A DNA stretch of 64,000 bases from Minisyncoccota bacterium. Its GTDB lineage: Bacteria > Patescibacteriota > Minisyncoccia > Phycocordibacterales > Phycocordibacteraceae. Shown one piece after another: positions 1 to 10,427 of the stretch. A program made the position numbers and the translations under genes. The notes beneath the pieces are model-generated. The model worked only from the letters and a program-made list of their open reading frames with translations, did not search any database and was not told the DNA's origin. Position 1 is the first letter of the stretch, and each line of letters begins with the position of its first letter. The stretch is from NCBI GenBank assembly GCA_039927695.1, contig JBDSUM010000007.1, positions 11,700 through 75,699 on the forward strand, in the 5' to 3' direction.

Positions 1-688
1 ATCTACGGAATCTGTGTCAGCGAATGCTAGCGAGGTTTTAGATCAAACTTTGCCAACAATTCGTTTCAGTACAACTACTGAGGATACTTTAGATGCAAAA
101 CTTGGGAATGATGCTTCATCTATACAAGACTCTTCCTCCACGACCCTAGATAGCAATGAAGTTAATATTTCTATATCTACTAGCTCAATTCAACAAGATT
201 TAAGCCCCACACTTGAAATAGCAAGTTCAACGCAAGTGCAAGCGTCTCTAGAGCTACCTGTTTTTATAAGAAAAAATATTGAGCCTGTACCAGCACCTGA
301 ACCTGCATCATTTAAAGTTCAACCAACATTGCGACTCGCTCCAATGAGTCCAGCTAATTTCCCGATCATTCCTCCTCCTGTTTTTGGAGTAATTGAAATA
401 ATTGCCACGACGTCAGCTACAACAACTATTACTGAGGCTAGTTCAACTGATGTAATACCTACTTCAGTCCCGGATACTAAAGAAGATGATAAAAGCAACT
501 TAATGCCATCGGTAGATACCCAAACTGCTACAACTACGGCATCAACATCGGATTATGTGAATGGAAATGACGAATTACCAGCACCATCAACTGATTCAAC
601 TGCAGGTTCTACCTTTCCAGATACTAGCGCTACAGTTACTAAGACAGATGACACGACTGTGCTCCTGTTGGAACCATTAACTGATTAA
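1..688 (+). CDS. Ser/Thr-rich low-complexity protein, C-terminal fragment (open at window start)
   Basis: Reading frame open from position 2; S/T/A/P-rich sequence typical of a secreted or surface protein; no catalytic motif seen. Confidence 0.45.
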   Translation, partial: STESVSANASEVLDQTLPTIRFSTTTEDTLDAKLGNDASSIQDSSSTTLDSNEVNISISTSSIQQDLSPTLEIASSTQVQASLELPVFIRKNIEPVPAPEPASFKVQPTLRLAPMSPANFPIIPPPVFGVIEIIATTSATTTITEASSTDVIPTSVPDTKEDDKSNLMPSVDTQTATTTASTSDYVNGNDELPAPSTDSTAGSTFPDTSATVTKTDDTTVLLLEPLTD

Positions 689-713
689 AATATATTGCTT
701 TGGGTTGTCGCAT

Positions 714-2033
714 TTAAGCACAGAGTTTAATTGCTTTATCGCTAAGCATAATTCTACTCCTTAAGCATCCAAGTAATTCACGCTTTTCAATATCAGCTCC
801 TTCTCGTAGAAGGTATTTTGCATAGTTCCTAATATCAATATCTCCGACCTGGATTTTGGTTTTCGTATTAGCAATAGCTTGCTGAAACTTCTTGAATCTC
901 TCTACTTCGGCCTTGATTTTTTCTTTGATGCCAATCTCGTTAATATCGATAGTATCTATGAGACCTATAAACTGCTCTATAAGATCCGTTTCATTTATAT
1001 ATCCAGACTTACAGTTCACATCCTTGCCCTTACCACAGCCGTAATAGACATGACGGTGAATATTTCCATTCTTTTGTTTCTTGAACTTCTCATCAGCTGA
1101 AATGCTTGAACCACACAGTCCGCATTCCATGAGTCGAGTGAAGGCAAATTCTTTAGTCTCCGCGCGAATGATTGAACGCGTAGTCTGTTCTTGAACTAAA
1201 TCAAATAACTCTTTCGTGATTAGCGGCTCGTGCTTCCCTTGGTACCAACGTCCTGAATTCTTAGGGTATTCAAATACTCCGTAATAGAAGGGGTTTTGAA
1301 GAAGGATATAAATATTGCTTAAACTTAGATTCTTATTCCCGGCAGCGGTCTTGAAATTAAGATCGAACTTGAGCCAGTTATATACCTTACGTCCACTCCA
1401 TTTCTCATATCCTACCTTTTCAAACATCTTCTTAATTATCATCGCTCGATCGGGATCAAGAATACTTTGGCACTTTCTGTCCAGTCGCTGTTCCTTTAAA
1501 TAGCCAGTTGGAGCACGTCCTGGCAGAAGTCCCATTTCAACCCTCGTCTTTAAACCTCTCTTTACATTAATACTCTTGTTGTCGTTTTCGAGCTTCGCTT
1601 GGCTGCAAAGAATCATTAGAAGGAACTTTTCGTTAGGGGAGTTCCTGAAATGCTGTCCGTAAGTGCGAATCTCTAACAATAGCTTCTGATCCATTAAATC
1701 TACGAGCGTCCCTAAGTCACCAGCATTCCTACTTAACCTATCTGGTGCCCAAGTAAGGACAGCATTGAATCGTCCTCTCCTAATGTCTTCGAGTAGCTCC
1801 TGATATACCGGCCGCTGTCCTGAATCTTTGGCTGAATGCGACTCTCTCCGTATATCTATTATTTCTAGATTCTCTCGCTCGGCTATCTGTAGCATTTCTT
1901 TAATCTGCGAATCTATCGAAAGGGCTTGCTTCTCGTCTGATTCGGTAGATTTGCGAGCGTACAGACAGTATTTGATTTTCTCTTCAATGATGACGGGCGA
2001 TAGCCCTATTTGAGAAGTTTCTAATCTTTGCAT
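714..2033 (-). CDS. Large serine recombinase (resolvase/integrase family)
   Basis: N-terminal resolvase motif YARKST with catalytic Ser; recombinase domain; C-terminal Cys-rich zinc ribbon (CGLCG...YYGCGKGKDVNC); 439 aa. Confidence 0.9.
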   Translation of the reverse strand: MQRLETSQIGLSPVIIEEKIKYCLYARKSTESDEKQALSIDSQIKEMLQIAERENLEIIDIRRESHSAKDSGQRPVYQELLEDIRRGRFNAVLTWAPDRLSRNAGDLGTLVDLMDQKLLLEIRTYGQHFRNSPNEKFLLMILCSQAKLENDNKSINVKRGLKTRVEMGLLPGRAPTGYLKEQRLDRKCQSILDPDRAMIIKKMFEKVGYEKWSGRKVYNWLKFDLNFKTAAGNKNLSLSNIYILLQNPFYYGVFEYPKNSGRWYQGKHEPLITKELFDLVQEQTTRSIIRAETKEFAFTRLMECGLCGSSISADEKFKKQKNGNIHRHVYYGCGKGKDVNCKSGYINETDLIEQFIGLIDTIDINEIGIKEKIKAEVERFKKFQQAIANTKTKIQVGDIDIRNYAKYLLREGADIEKRELLGCLRSRIMLSDKAIKLCA

Positions 2034-2037
2034 ATAG

Positions 2038-2340
2038 TTATTTTAATTTACGTAATGCCTCAGCTCGAAGTCTCTCCGTATCTCGAAGTACGGACAAATA
2101 TACCCTCCGACTTTTCTTTGTCCTTGGATGAGTGTTGAGCCAATCGATCAGCTCGTCTGGTACATACGTGGCGAGGGAGCTATAGGCAACTATCAGTTCT
2201 TCTATCCTCTCAAGAATTGCTCGCTTCAGATCCTTCTTGGAATTGGGGAGTAGGGAAATTCTGTTCAGACAGGCAGAGTCGGACTCCTTTGTAAACCGAT
2301 AATGGGCTGCGGTATCTAATATTTTGTCCCTGTCTTCCAC
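2038..2340 (-). CDS. Small hypothetical protein co-transcribed upstream of serine recombinase (possible directionality factor/regulator)
   Basis: 100-aa basic ORF 4 nt upstream of recombinase on same strand; no recognisable motif. Confidence 0.3.
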   Translation of the reverse strand: MEDRDKILDTAAHYRFTKESDSACLNRISLLPNSKKDLKRAILERIEELIVAYSSLATYVPDELIDWLNTHPRTKKSRRVYLSVLRDTERLRAEALRKLK

Positions 2341-2611
2341 CTATTAATTGATGCCAGACCAGGTGGTGGTGCATAGTCTATGCAAAACGAGCGATTCGTA
2401 GCATGGTCGTGGAGGGCTTAGCAGAACAACCAGACTGCGATATTATGAAGAGGTAATACGGGGCTATGTATTACATCAATATGGCCTAAACCGAGCAATT
2501 GCCCGGCATGGCCGAATAACCGCGACCAGCATAGAAAACCCGTCATCAGGGCGCTGGTCGCGTTATCAGGGGAAACTCTGATATGTCCTTCGGGACTCCT
2601 GGTGGCGGGTT

Positions 2612-3331
2612 TTGTGCTACCCACCAGAATTACAAATCGCGACCAGCAATATTATGGATAATCCATCACAGCCTTCTACGAAGGCTACTCACCTTACCCT
2701 AGGTAAAATTATTATTTGGCTTCTGAGTGTCGGACTCTTGGTTTCGGGAATAATATCCCTCTTTACTAACTTCGGCATGGGACTGACCATCATTCTGGCA
2801 AGTTTGGTGATCTTACCACCGCTGACAAAATATCTGAAAGAGAAACATAACTTCTCAATCTCTGGACCACTCAAAATAGTGCTCCTGTTCGGGATCATCA
2901 TGATAGGAGGATTTATTATTAGCCAAGGTAAGGATACGGCTCCTGCTGCTACGGAAACACGTCCATCTGCAGCATATGATGTTCCTTCTCTCCTAGGACT
3001 AAGTCTCAAAGAGCTTGAGGCGAAGCTTGGTACATCCTCATACGATACCGAACCGACAGCACAACAGCTCGCTATCGGTGGAATCGATACATGGGAGAAA
3101 AGCTGGAATAATGGTGACTACAGTCTTATGGCTACGTACGACATAAAGACCAAGAAAGTTACTGACCTCTTCCTTAGTGCAGATACGGATGCCGCATTCA
3201 AGAAATTCGAGGATACTGACAATATTCTTACAGCAGGGAATCTTTCAAAGAACGACTCTCATTACTCGGTTGAATTTGTTAAAGCAAAGAATGGTCCTGG
3301 TTACACAGGAGCAATTGTTCGCCTCAAATAA
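2612..3331 (+). CDS. Membrane protein, 2-3 N-terminal TM helices plus soluble C-terminal domain
   Basis: Hydrophobic stretches at N-terminus; no family recognised. Confidence 0.45.
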   Translation: MCYPPELQIATSNIMDNPSQPSTKATHLTLGKIIIWLLSVGLLVSGIISLFTNFGMGLTIILASLVILPPLTKYLKEKHNFSISGPLKIVLLFGIIMIGGFIISQGKDTAPAATETRPSAAYDVPSLLGLSLKELEAKLGTSSYDTEPTAQQLAIGGIDTWEKSWNNGDYSLMATYDIKTKKVTDLFLSADTDAAFKKFEDTDNILTAGNLSKNDSHYSVEFVKAKNGPGYTGAIVRLK

Positions 3332-3387
3332 CTGATTTGCTCAGAGCATAAAGATTCTCAGGTTACAGTTGAACATTCGAACTAGCT

Positions 3388-4878
3388 TTACCAGGAAAGA
3401 TCGCTCCAGTTCATGCTGTAGACACGAGGTACGCTAGGCGGATCTTGAGAGACGCTATGAACGAGGTTTGAGAATGCGTCGGCAAGGTCGTCATGCTTCT
3501 CAACTCCGAAGTGGACTATCTGCTGGATTAACTGCTCAGCTCCTTCTCGAGGGAACACGACTTTTCCGTCTCTGATTGAATTTGCCGTAAGGACAAGACG
3601 ACTTCGCTTATCGGTGGCACCAGGACGGACGGTCTTAACGTTGTGTACGCCTTCTTCCTTCAATTGTTGTGGCAGTGCTTTCTGATACGCTACATCCTCA
3701 ATAATAAAGATAGGGTATCGCTTATCCGATTCGTAGTAACTCTGTTCCAGAATCTTGCACGTATCTACTGTTTCAGGGAAGTTCAGTCGTTTGTTAATGA
3801 TCTTGGGAAGAATATACAACCGATAGCCTCTCTCAAGTTCATAGAGGAGTCCTGGTACCATGGCGGTATAGTCCGCAGTTGCGCTCTTCGAAATCGCTGG
3901 GTCTATACCAATACGCACTTCACGATACGAGGAATAACCGCTTTTGAATCGAATCGGTGGTGGTATCTCGTCGTAGTACTGGATCCATTCGCGGTAAATT
4001 GCTTGGTCGTCGGCTGGGACGATATTCAGCATATATTCGCGCTGCCAGGCGTACTCGTTTCCGGCTCGTCGCTTTTCGTTTTCAATTTCCTCCATATTTG
4101 AGTACTTACCCGGCCATAGGATTTCTCCGTCTTTTGTTACGAGTGGATACTCTTTGAACACGGCGTCGATTGTGTTTTTCTCAACGCGCTCTTTTAAACG
4201 CATAAGAAGCGAATCCTCGTGAAGTAAGTTACCGATAACAACGATACGTGTAGTGCGATCTCCGGTCGGGATAACCTCTCCAGTGAACCATTGGAAGGTC
4301 TTGTCGCGACCTTCGCGCGTCTTCGTGGAAGCGATATCCTCTACGTCGTCTCCAATGATGAGATCAGGGCGATGCTGGTTGTGACGCAAACCACGGATAC
4401 TCTGCTCACTTGAAGCTGCCGTAATGCGTGCGCCGCGCTCGGCAAATACGAGTGAGAACGAACCCCATTCGTCCGCCTCTTCTTTGAATGGCCCTAAATC
4501 ATCCTTCAACATCGAATTATTCTCTAATTCGTTTCGCAAGTTTCGCATATGCTGCTTCGCTTGGCTCTGTGTCTGACAGAGAATCAGCACGAACTTCTTC
4601 TGTTGTTTTCCGAGGATTGCCCAGATAGGATAAGAAGTTGTAATAATTGTAGACTTACTGCTTCCGCGAAACGCGACTACGAACAAGTTTCCGATGTTCT
4701 CGTCTTCAATCAATGAGATCATCTCTGACTGAAACGGAGCAGTCGCGTATTTAACGTAGTGAGCGAAGTAGAAGTGGAAGAAATACCACAGACTATTTTT
4801 AGTGATTGCTATTCGCACTGCTCGATCCTTCATCATCTTCTCTACTAGTTCCGGTGGAAGCATATTTACCTGGTTCAT
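3388..4878 (-). CDS. Phage terminase large subunit
   Basis: Walker A-like FRGSSKST; ATPase + C-terminal RNase H-like nuclease architecture; 496 aa; directly downstream of a small HTH protein. Confidence 0.85.
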   Translation of the reverse strand: MNQVNMLPPELVEKMMKDRAVRIAITKNSLWYFFHFYFAHYVKYATAPFQSEMISLIEDENIGNLFVVAFRGSSKSTIITTSYPIWAILGKQQKKFVLILCQTQSQAKQHMRNLRNELENNSMLKDDLGPFKEEADEWGSFSLVFAERGARITAASSEQSIRGLRHNQHRPDLIIGDDVEDIASTKTREGRDKTFQWFTGEVIPTGDRTTRIVVIGNLLHEDSLLMRLKERVEKNTIDAVFKEYPLVTKDGEILWPGKYSNMEEIENEKRRAGNEYAWQREYMLNIVPADDQAIYREWIQYYDEIPPPIRFKSGYSSYREVRIGIDPAISKSATADYTAMVPGLLYELERGYRLYILPKIINKRLNFPETVDTCKILEQSYYESDKRYPIFIIEDVAYQKALPQQLKEEGVHNVKTVRPGATDKRSRLVLTANSIRDGKVVFPREGAEQLIQQIVHFGVEKHDDLADAFSNLVHSVSQDPPSVPRVYSMNWSDLSW

Positions 4879-5264
4879 GTTTGGTTTTCAGTTGGTAAGT
4901 GGCCAGCAAGGCGTAACGCCTCACGTACCGTTGCTTCTTGTTCAGGATTCAGCTCTTCCTGTTTCGGTTTCATTTCAACCTCAATTTTGTCTTTGAACTT
5001 TGGGTTACGCTTGCGAAGCCAGAAGGATATGGCGTGCCAGTTCTTCTCACGAATAAGAACGAGGAGTTGGTTCTCACTCATGTCGTTTACTAACGCTTCG
5101 CCGTCAATGAGTGCGGTTTCCATTTCTTGAGCAAACTCAGGGTCATCGTTTTTCCAACGGTACACGCTGTTTCGCGACACACCGACCTTTTCACACGCAA
5201 CTTGTACAATCGGCACCTTACGAAGCTGCTCCAAGAAAGTGTCTTTTACCTTGTTCTTTTTCAT
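4875..5264 (-). CDS. Terminase small subunit-like HTH protein
   Basis: 129 aa; HTH segment VACEKVGVSRNSVYRWK; stop overlaps the start of the large terminase. Confidence 0.55.
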   Translation of the reverse strand: MKKNKVKDTFLEQLRKVPIVQVACEKVGVSRNSVYRWKNDDPEFAQEMETALIDGEALVNDMSENQLLVLIREKNWHAISFWLRKRNPKFKDKIEVEMKPKQEELNPEQEATVREALRLAGHLPTENQT

Positions 5265-6538
5265 ACGCGCTTCGCCTTATTGCCCGTCAGCTTCTCGTAT
5301 CGTTTGATGGCGAGGTCGCAGAACACTGGCTCAAGCTCAACCGCATAGACGCGACGTTTCAACTGCTCGGCCGCAATCATGGTGCTACCGGAACCTGAAA
5401 AGCTGTCGAGAATAATGTCGTTTGGTTTTGTGCAACGGCGAATCGCTTTCTCGTGAAGCTTGGGAGGCTTTGACGTTGCGTGTTCGTAGTCCTTGCCGGA
5501 CAAACGCTTAACCATCCACACGTCGAGATGGTCGAGCGTTTCTTCGATTAGATTATTGCCGGTCGTAATTTCCTTATTCAGTACCTCGTTCAGGTTCTGA
5601 ATAGACTTTGTAATATATGGCTTACCGCGCACGCCATAGACGCAAGGTTCGTAGCACTTATTGAATGCAACTGACGGCACGGGATTCTGGGAATTCTTGA
5701 GCCACAGGCAAACGCGCTTGTTCGCGATACCAAGTTCGCGGTACAGCTCCTGCATAAGGCCGATATAGATCTGGTCGCACCAGTAGAAGACGTGAGTATC
5801 AGCCTTTGCAACAGAAAGGGCAGCGATCATGGTTTTGACGATAAACTCCTTGTATTCAGCGTCGGTGCGGTTATCAAGAACGTTCCCACCATAGTTCTTC
5901 TTGCCACCAATACCGCCGTTGTAGTCGATGTTGATGTTATAGGGCGGATCGCTATATATCATGGACGCACGATCATCACCGAAAAGGCGAGTGAGAACGG
6001 CAGGGTCTGTGGAGCTTCCACAGATAAGGCGGTGTTGGCCGAGCTGAATTAAATCACCGACTTTTGTTACAGGCTCTGTTATCTTCTTAAACTCCTTTTC
6101 TTCGTCGAAGTCGTCGTCTTCAGCTTCAAGGTTCTGCGCCCACAGATCGGATAAATCGCTCTCGTCAAAGCCGCTCTCAAGGAGTAGATCAAGGTCAAAA
6201 GATTTAAGCTTCTCAAGATCCCACTCTCCACTTATGGCATTTGAAGAAATTAAATACTGCTCAAACTCTTCTTTTGTGAGCTTGCGGTTAGGTACTCGTA
6301 CATCGATTTCTTCGTCTCCGCGATCAAGTAGCTGTAGGGCTTTGAGTCTTTGATGTCCGGCGACTACAGTATTGTTGGTATCTATTGCCGGGATCTCGAC
6401 AAGGTTAAATTTCTGAAGACTCTTCTTCAGGTCTTGTAATTGCTTATTAGTAAGTTTGCGAGGGTTCGCCTCGTATGGCAGGAGAGAGCTGACTTTACGT
6501 TGCTCTGTGTGCCAGGAAAGTTTTGCGCGTATGGGCAT
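5261..6538 (-). CDS. ParB-like nuclease domain fused to N6-adenine/N4-cytosine DNA methyltransferase (beta class)
   Basis: N-terminal ParB box (VVAGHQRLKA); motif IV SDPPYN precedes motif I FSGSGST (beta-class order); typical phage ParB-MTase fusion. Confidence 0.85.
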   Translation of the reverse strand: MPIRAKLSWHTEQRKVSSLLPYEANPRKLTNKQLQDLKKSLQKFNLVEIPAIDTNNTVVAGHQRLKALQLLDRGDEEIDVRVPNRKLTKEEFEQYLISSNAISGEWDLEKLKSFDLDLLLESGFDESDLSDLWAQNLEAEDDDFDEEKEFKKITEPVTKVGDLIQLGQHRLICGSSTDPAVLTRLFGDDRASMIYSDPPYNINIDYNGGIGGKKNYGGNVLDNRTDAEYKEFIVKTMIAALSVAKADTHVFYWCDQIYIGLMQELYRELGIANKRVCLWLKNSQNPVPSVAFNKCYEPCVYGVRGKPYITKSIQNLNEVLNKEITTGNNLIEETLDHLDVWMVKRLSGKDYEHATSKPPKLHEKAIRRCTKPNDIILDSFSGSGSTMIAAEQLKRRVYAVELEPVFCDLAIKRYEKLTGNKAKRV

Positions 6539-6603
6539 GAAAGCACCATAAACAACTTCGGTGCAGTCTATGTTTCAGATAAAGAGATCCCTTATCTGTA
6601 TAG

Positions 6604-7395
6604 CTATATTTCTCCTAGTCGCTTTCGTGTTCTTGTCACGATTGTACGGATAAGGTTTGTGGTTAATTTCGGCCATTGATTCGCTAATTCTGAATATATG
6701 AACATATCGCTCGCCATCATCGGATCAGTGTGGCGTTTCTTACCATCCATTCTAAACTTTTTGTACTCTGTATATACTTGCAAATCGCGCTCCATATTCC
6801 GCCATGCCTTATTCTTTTCGATGCGATCTTTGAAGAGAAACTCTTGTTCCTTCTTAATCCAGTCCCAATGAGTTTGGAAATCCTCTTTAGTGGTGTGTGG
6901 AAATATCTCTACGAGAAGTTCCCATGTATCGTCTTTCTTTCGGCGCATACTCACCTGAAATGGGGACGTGTATAGCTCCTTTTGCCCAAAAAAGAAGTAC
7001 ATCTCCAAGAAATCCTTGAATGCCGGATTATCCTTCAATCCATAGTGGTTCAGTATTTCTCCAAATACCTGACCGTATATAGGTGGGAGGTATTCTTTAC
7101 GGAAGGATTCTAGCTCGTTGTACTCATCCAAATTGAGCATTTCTTTGCCACAAGTGATCTGCTTAGCACGCTCCTTGAACTCAGAACCATTCTCCATTTC
7201 CCCATACCGCTTCCAGAACCGATCGTTCCACTCTAGGTATTCCGAATACTTCTTGAAAGGCTCCTTAGAAATCGGACAGCCTATTTCTTTGAACCTAACC
7301 TTGAGCCAAGCCTCTTTCTTGAGGAACCACTCGTCTCTCAGTAGGGCAGCTGCTTTGTGGTAGTCCTGGTTATGTATGGTGCGACTTTTGGGCAT
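6604..7395 (-). CDS. Hypothetical protein
   Basis: 263-aa ORF in prophage-like segment; no recognised domain. Confidence 0.45.
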   Translation of the reverse strand: MPKSRTIHNQDYHKAAALLRDEWFLKKEAWLKVRFKEIGCPISKEPFKKYSEYLEWNDRFWKRYGEMENGSEFKERAKQITCGKEMLNLDEYNELESFRKEYLPPIYGQVFGEILNHYGLKDNPAFKDFLEMYFFFGQKELYTSPFQVSMRRKKDDTWELLVEIFPHTTKEDFQTHWDWIKKEQEFLFKDRIEKNKAWRNMERDLQVYTEYKKFRMDGKKRHTDPMMASDMFIYSELANQWPKLTTNLIRTIVTRTRKRLGEI

Positions 7396-7502
7396 ATGGC
7401 TAAGTATAAGACTCTCTTAGAACAAGCTGAAACTTCTTAGCTTCACATATAAACCACCCTTATTCATTATCATTAGACATTATCGGCTAAACAAGCTAAT
7501 AT

Positions 7503-7856
7503 ATGAAAAACAACATGACCTTAGGGACATTTATCAGAGGAAAGAGAGACGAGCTTGATTTATCGCTCACGGAGTTTGCCAAGCTAATTGGTAAAACAGC
7601 TCCGTTTCTATATGACATTGAATTAGATAGACGACATCCATCTGATGAAGTTCTAGATTTGATTGCACAAAACTTAAAGGTATCGCGAGTTGAATTAGAT
7701 AAGCACGATACTCGTCCTCCAACTAAAAATATTAGAACGCAAATACAAGCAGACCCGCAGTACGCTTTTGCATTTAGAAAGACAGCAGATAGTGGCTTAA
7801 GTCCAGCTGAGATAATTGCTGCAATTGAAAAGGCTCAGAAGAGTAAGCGGGGTTAA
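7503..7856 (+). CDS. XRE-family HTH transcriptional regulator
   Basis: HTH_3-like LSLTEFAKLIGKTAPFLYDIE near N-terminus; paired with downstream ImmA-like peptidase. Confidence 0.75.
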   Translation: MKNNMTLGTFIRGKRDELDLSLTEFAKLIGKTAPFLYDIELDRRHPSDEVLDLIAQNLKVSRVELDKHDTRPPTKNIRTQIQADPQYAFAFRKTADSGLSPAEIIAAIEKAQKSKRG

Positions 7857-7864
7857 CAACTTTT

Positions 7865-8557
7865 ATGAAAAATATTCGCGCATTCGAAGGTCCCCATAAA
7901 GATCGGCCTTTTTATGAGAATCACGAGATTGAGCGAATGTGTATTGAAGAGTTGAGTACATACAATCTGCTCCCAGATGAACCGTCGCCAATTCGTATCG
8001 AACGATATATAGAGAAGCGACTCGGCATTACTCCAGCTTACGAAGAGATACCATCTAACATTCTTGGATTCACAAAGTTTGGCACCGCTGGAGCAGAAGC
8101 AATCGTCGTATCACGTTCGCTTCAAGAAGACGGTACTCAATCTTCTGAGCGGCGTGTACGTACGACACTCGCCCATGAAGCTGGGCACGCGTTACTCCAT
8201 GCACATCTTTTTATGAAGCCGACGAGGAAGATGAAAGAACTTTTTGATGACGAACACACAGACATGTCGAAGGTGCTTTGCCGCGACATCGTTGAGAAGA
8301 CCTCTGAAGACGCTCCAAAGTATTCATGGTGGGAATTTCAGGCGAATGCTGCCATGGGTGCACTTCTACTACCCGAGAACCTTTTTCGTACGGCGGCCAA
8401 TCCCTTTTTTGAGTCCACGGGGCTACTCGGCGATACCCCCGTCATCACGCAAGAGGGAAGGGGTGAGCTCGAACGCTCGCTCGCAGACGTATTCGACGTA
8501 AATCCTATCGTCGTACGACATCGTGTCCAGCAGGTGTACTTCCCTAACCGTAAGTAA
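7865..8557 (+). CDS. ImmA/IrrE-family zinc metallopeptidase
   Basis: HEAGHALLH (HExxH) motif in a ~230-aa protein immediately after the XRE regulator. Confidence 0.8.
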   Translation: MKNIRAFEGPHKDRPFYENHEIERMCIEELSTYNLLPDEPSPIRIERYIEKRLGITPAYEEIPSNILGFTKFGTAGAEAIVVSRSLQEDGTQSSERRVRTTLAHEAGHALLHAHLFMKPTRKMKELFDDEHTDMSKVLCRDIVEKTSEDAPKYSWWEFQANAAMGALLLPENLFRTAANPFFESTGLLGDTPVITQEGRGELERSLADVFDVNPIVVRHRVQQVYFPNRK

Positions 8558-8589
8558 TAGGCCATATCTGTGCCGCCCTTCCACAATAC

Positions 8590-8907
8590 TTGCATCTTCG
8601 GCAAAAGAAGCTAATATTTATGATAACGCAGAGGAACCCCTCATTTAAAAGCGCCATAGATATGCCCAATTACCATGTTACGAATCCGAAAGGATCACCA
8701 GTTTGGAGAGTAGTGAAGGACAATGCTTCACGAGCATCAGCTACAGCCAGTACACAGAAGGAAGCCGAAAAGATTGCGAAGCAGATTACCCATAACGCCG
8801 GAGGAGGGGAAGTCCGAATTCATAAGCCGAACGGGGGACCGATTCGCGATAGCGATACGGTCAAGCCCGGGAATGATCCCTATCCACCAGTAGACAAGAA
8901 ACACTAA
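8590..8907 (+). CDS. DUF2188-like small protein
   Basis: MPNYHV...W.V...GA....T..EA...A...A.....GGEVRIH..NG.IRDSDT pattern; true start probably the internal Met near 8663. Confidence 0.5.
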   Translation: MHLRQKKLIFMITQRNPSFKSAIDMPNYHVTNPKGSPVWRVVKDNASRASATASTQKEAEKIAKQITHNAGGGEVRIHKPNGGPIRDSDTVKPGNDPYPPVDKKH

Positions 8908-8912
8908 AATAT

Positions 8913-9797
8913 ATGCATAACGTACCATCGTCGGTTGTCGAACCGCTCCTGCGAGGACCTTCGCCACGAAAGATCACTCAGGTTGCGCAGCTACAGAATG
9001 ATATTCAAACTCTGCTCGGCTCTACACACCATACGTTCCTTCAGGGCTCTTACAAAAATAATACGGCACCATCTGATATCAACGATGTCGATATTGTCGC
9101 TGTACGGCGAACTACGTATAGCGGCGTACATTCACCTCAACGAAACAACCAGCATGATCGTATAGCTTGGGATTCTATATTTTCTGAACTTGAAATACTT
9201 TTAGACGGACATCCAGAGTACGACTGGACTGTAGAGCGTGGAGACAAGTGTATAAAGCTCACTGGTCCGTTTAATGTCGACGTTATTCCCGCGGTCGTCT
9301 ACAGTACTCATGACGAAGATCCAATAGTGGTCTATTCAATGCGTGATGGGCGAGAAATCGTAAATCATCCCCGAACGCACTATGAGAATGGAGTCGAGAA
9401 ACACGCTTCAACAGGAGAGCTCTATAAGCCAACCGTACGTATGTTTAAGAACTGGAAACAGAATCACTACGGACAGGACAAGAGTATGGTCTCATCCTTT
9501 AAGATTGAAGCTTTGGTTAACGCAGTCGACGATGCGGAGTTCGTTGAAGATCCGGTCGCACGATTCATCCTCGTGGGTGCAAGTATCCTCGAGCTTATGA
9601 ACATGCGTTCGTTAGTACCGACGCGTATCATGAGTGTGTGCGGAAATGAGGATATTACTGAGCACTGGGATTTGGGCGCGCGACGTCAGTTCGTCGCTCA
9701 GCTATCCGAATCTGTGAATCACGCACGGCTTGCATTCTCTGCCCCGACAGCAGCGGTTGCTACACAGCATTGGAATAATGCTTTCAACGTCTACTAG
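8913..9797 (+). CDS. Pol-beta-superfamily nucleotidyltransferase, SMODS/CD-NTase-like
   Basis: GS-x9-D-x-D motif (QGSYKNNTAPSDINDVDIV) with downstream acidic residue (FNVDVIP); 294 aa, too large for a minimal MNT; next gene is a 2TM protein. Confidence 0.6.
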   Translation: MHNVPSSVVEPLLRGPSPRKITQVAQLQNDIQTLLGSTHHTFLQGSYKNNTAPSDINDVDIVAVRRTTYSGVHSPQRNNQHDRIAWDSIFSELEILLDGHPEYDWTVERGDKCIKLTGPFNVDVIPAVVYSTHDEDPIVVYSMRDGREIVNHPRTHYENGVEKHASTGELYKPTVRMFKNWKQNHYGQDKSMVSSFKIEALVNAVDDAEFVEDPVARFILVGASILELMNMRSLVPTRIMSVCGNEDITEHWDLGARRQFVAQLSESVNHARLAFSAPTAAVATQHWNNAFNVY

Positions 9798-9798
9798 T

Positions 9799-10422
9799 AT
9801 GAAGAAACATCGCACAACCTATAAGTTTTACTTGTTATTCACGCTAATCACTATTGGCCCCGCAACGTGGGTCGCTGGAAAAGTCGGAGAGATAATGTCT
9901 CTTGCGATCAACTCAAATAATCCACTGCTTGCATGGGGTGTCGTCCAACCACCTACGGTAGTGCTTGTTCTTGGTATATTCTTCCTCATCTACGAACGCT
10001 GGATTTGGAAGACTCCGCCATTCTCATGGATTCACTTCCCGTACCTTGGTGGCCGATATGAAGGCTCAGTAGTATCTAGCTACGATAACGGAGAATATCC
10101 TGTCGTGCTTGAAGTGCGACAGAGCCTACTTACAACCTTGGTTTGTCTCTACACGCCTCGGTCGGCTTCGTATAGCATTACTGCAGATGTCGGCACGAAT
10201 GAAAACGAAAATGAGTCCCTTGCTTACATTTACCGCAATACGCCTCGAACCGTAACCGATAATCTGGATATGACTTCTCATTACGGTATGGCCGTTCTGG
10301 AATATTTTGGCGATACATCTTCGCTCAAAGGTTTCTACTTCAATGACCCAAGGGATCGCGGCCGTCACGGCACTCTTGAGTGTAAGCGTGTTAGTCGTCA
10401 ACGTAAGAAGCGTTTTGAGTAA
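9799..10422 (+). CDS. Two-TM effector-like protein (SLATT-like architecture)
   Basis: ATG 1 nt after the NTase stop; two TM helices then ~110-aa soluble tail; the 9730 start in the ORF track overlaps the NTase and is rejected. Confidence 0.45.
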   Translation: MKKHRTTYKFYLLFTLITIGPATWVAGKVGEIMSLAINSNNPLLAWGVVQPPTVVLVLGIFFLIYERWIWKTPPFSWIHFPYLGGRYEGSVVSSYDNGEYPVVLEVRQSLLTTLVCLYTPRSASYSITADVGTNENENESLAYIYRNTPRTVTDNLDMTSHYGMAVLEYFGDTSSLKGFYFNDPRDRGRHGTLECKRVSRQRKKRFE

Positions 10423-10427
10423 TTAAG

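Noticed and set aside
3643-4157. Plus-strand ORFs 3643-4101 and 3957-4157 inside the terminase large subunit gene
   Set aside because: Shadow ORFs. The minus-strand frame carries Walker A and terminase motifs.
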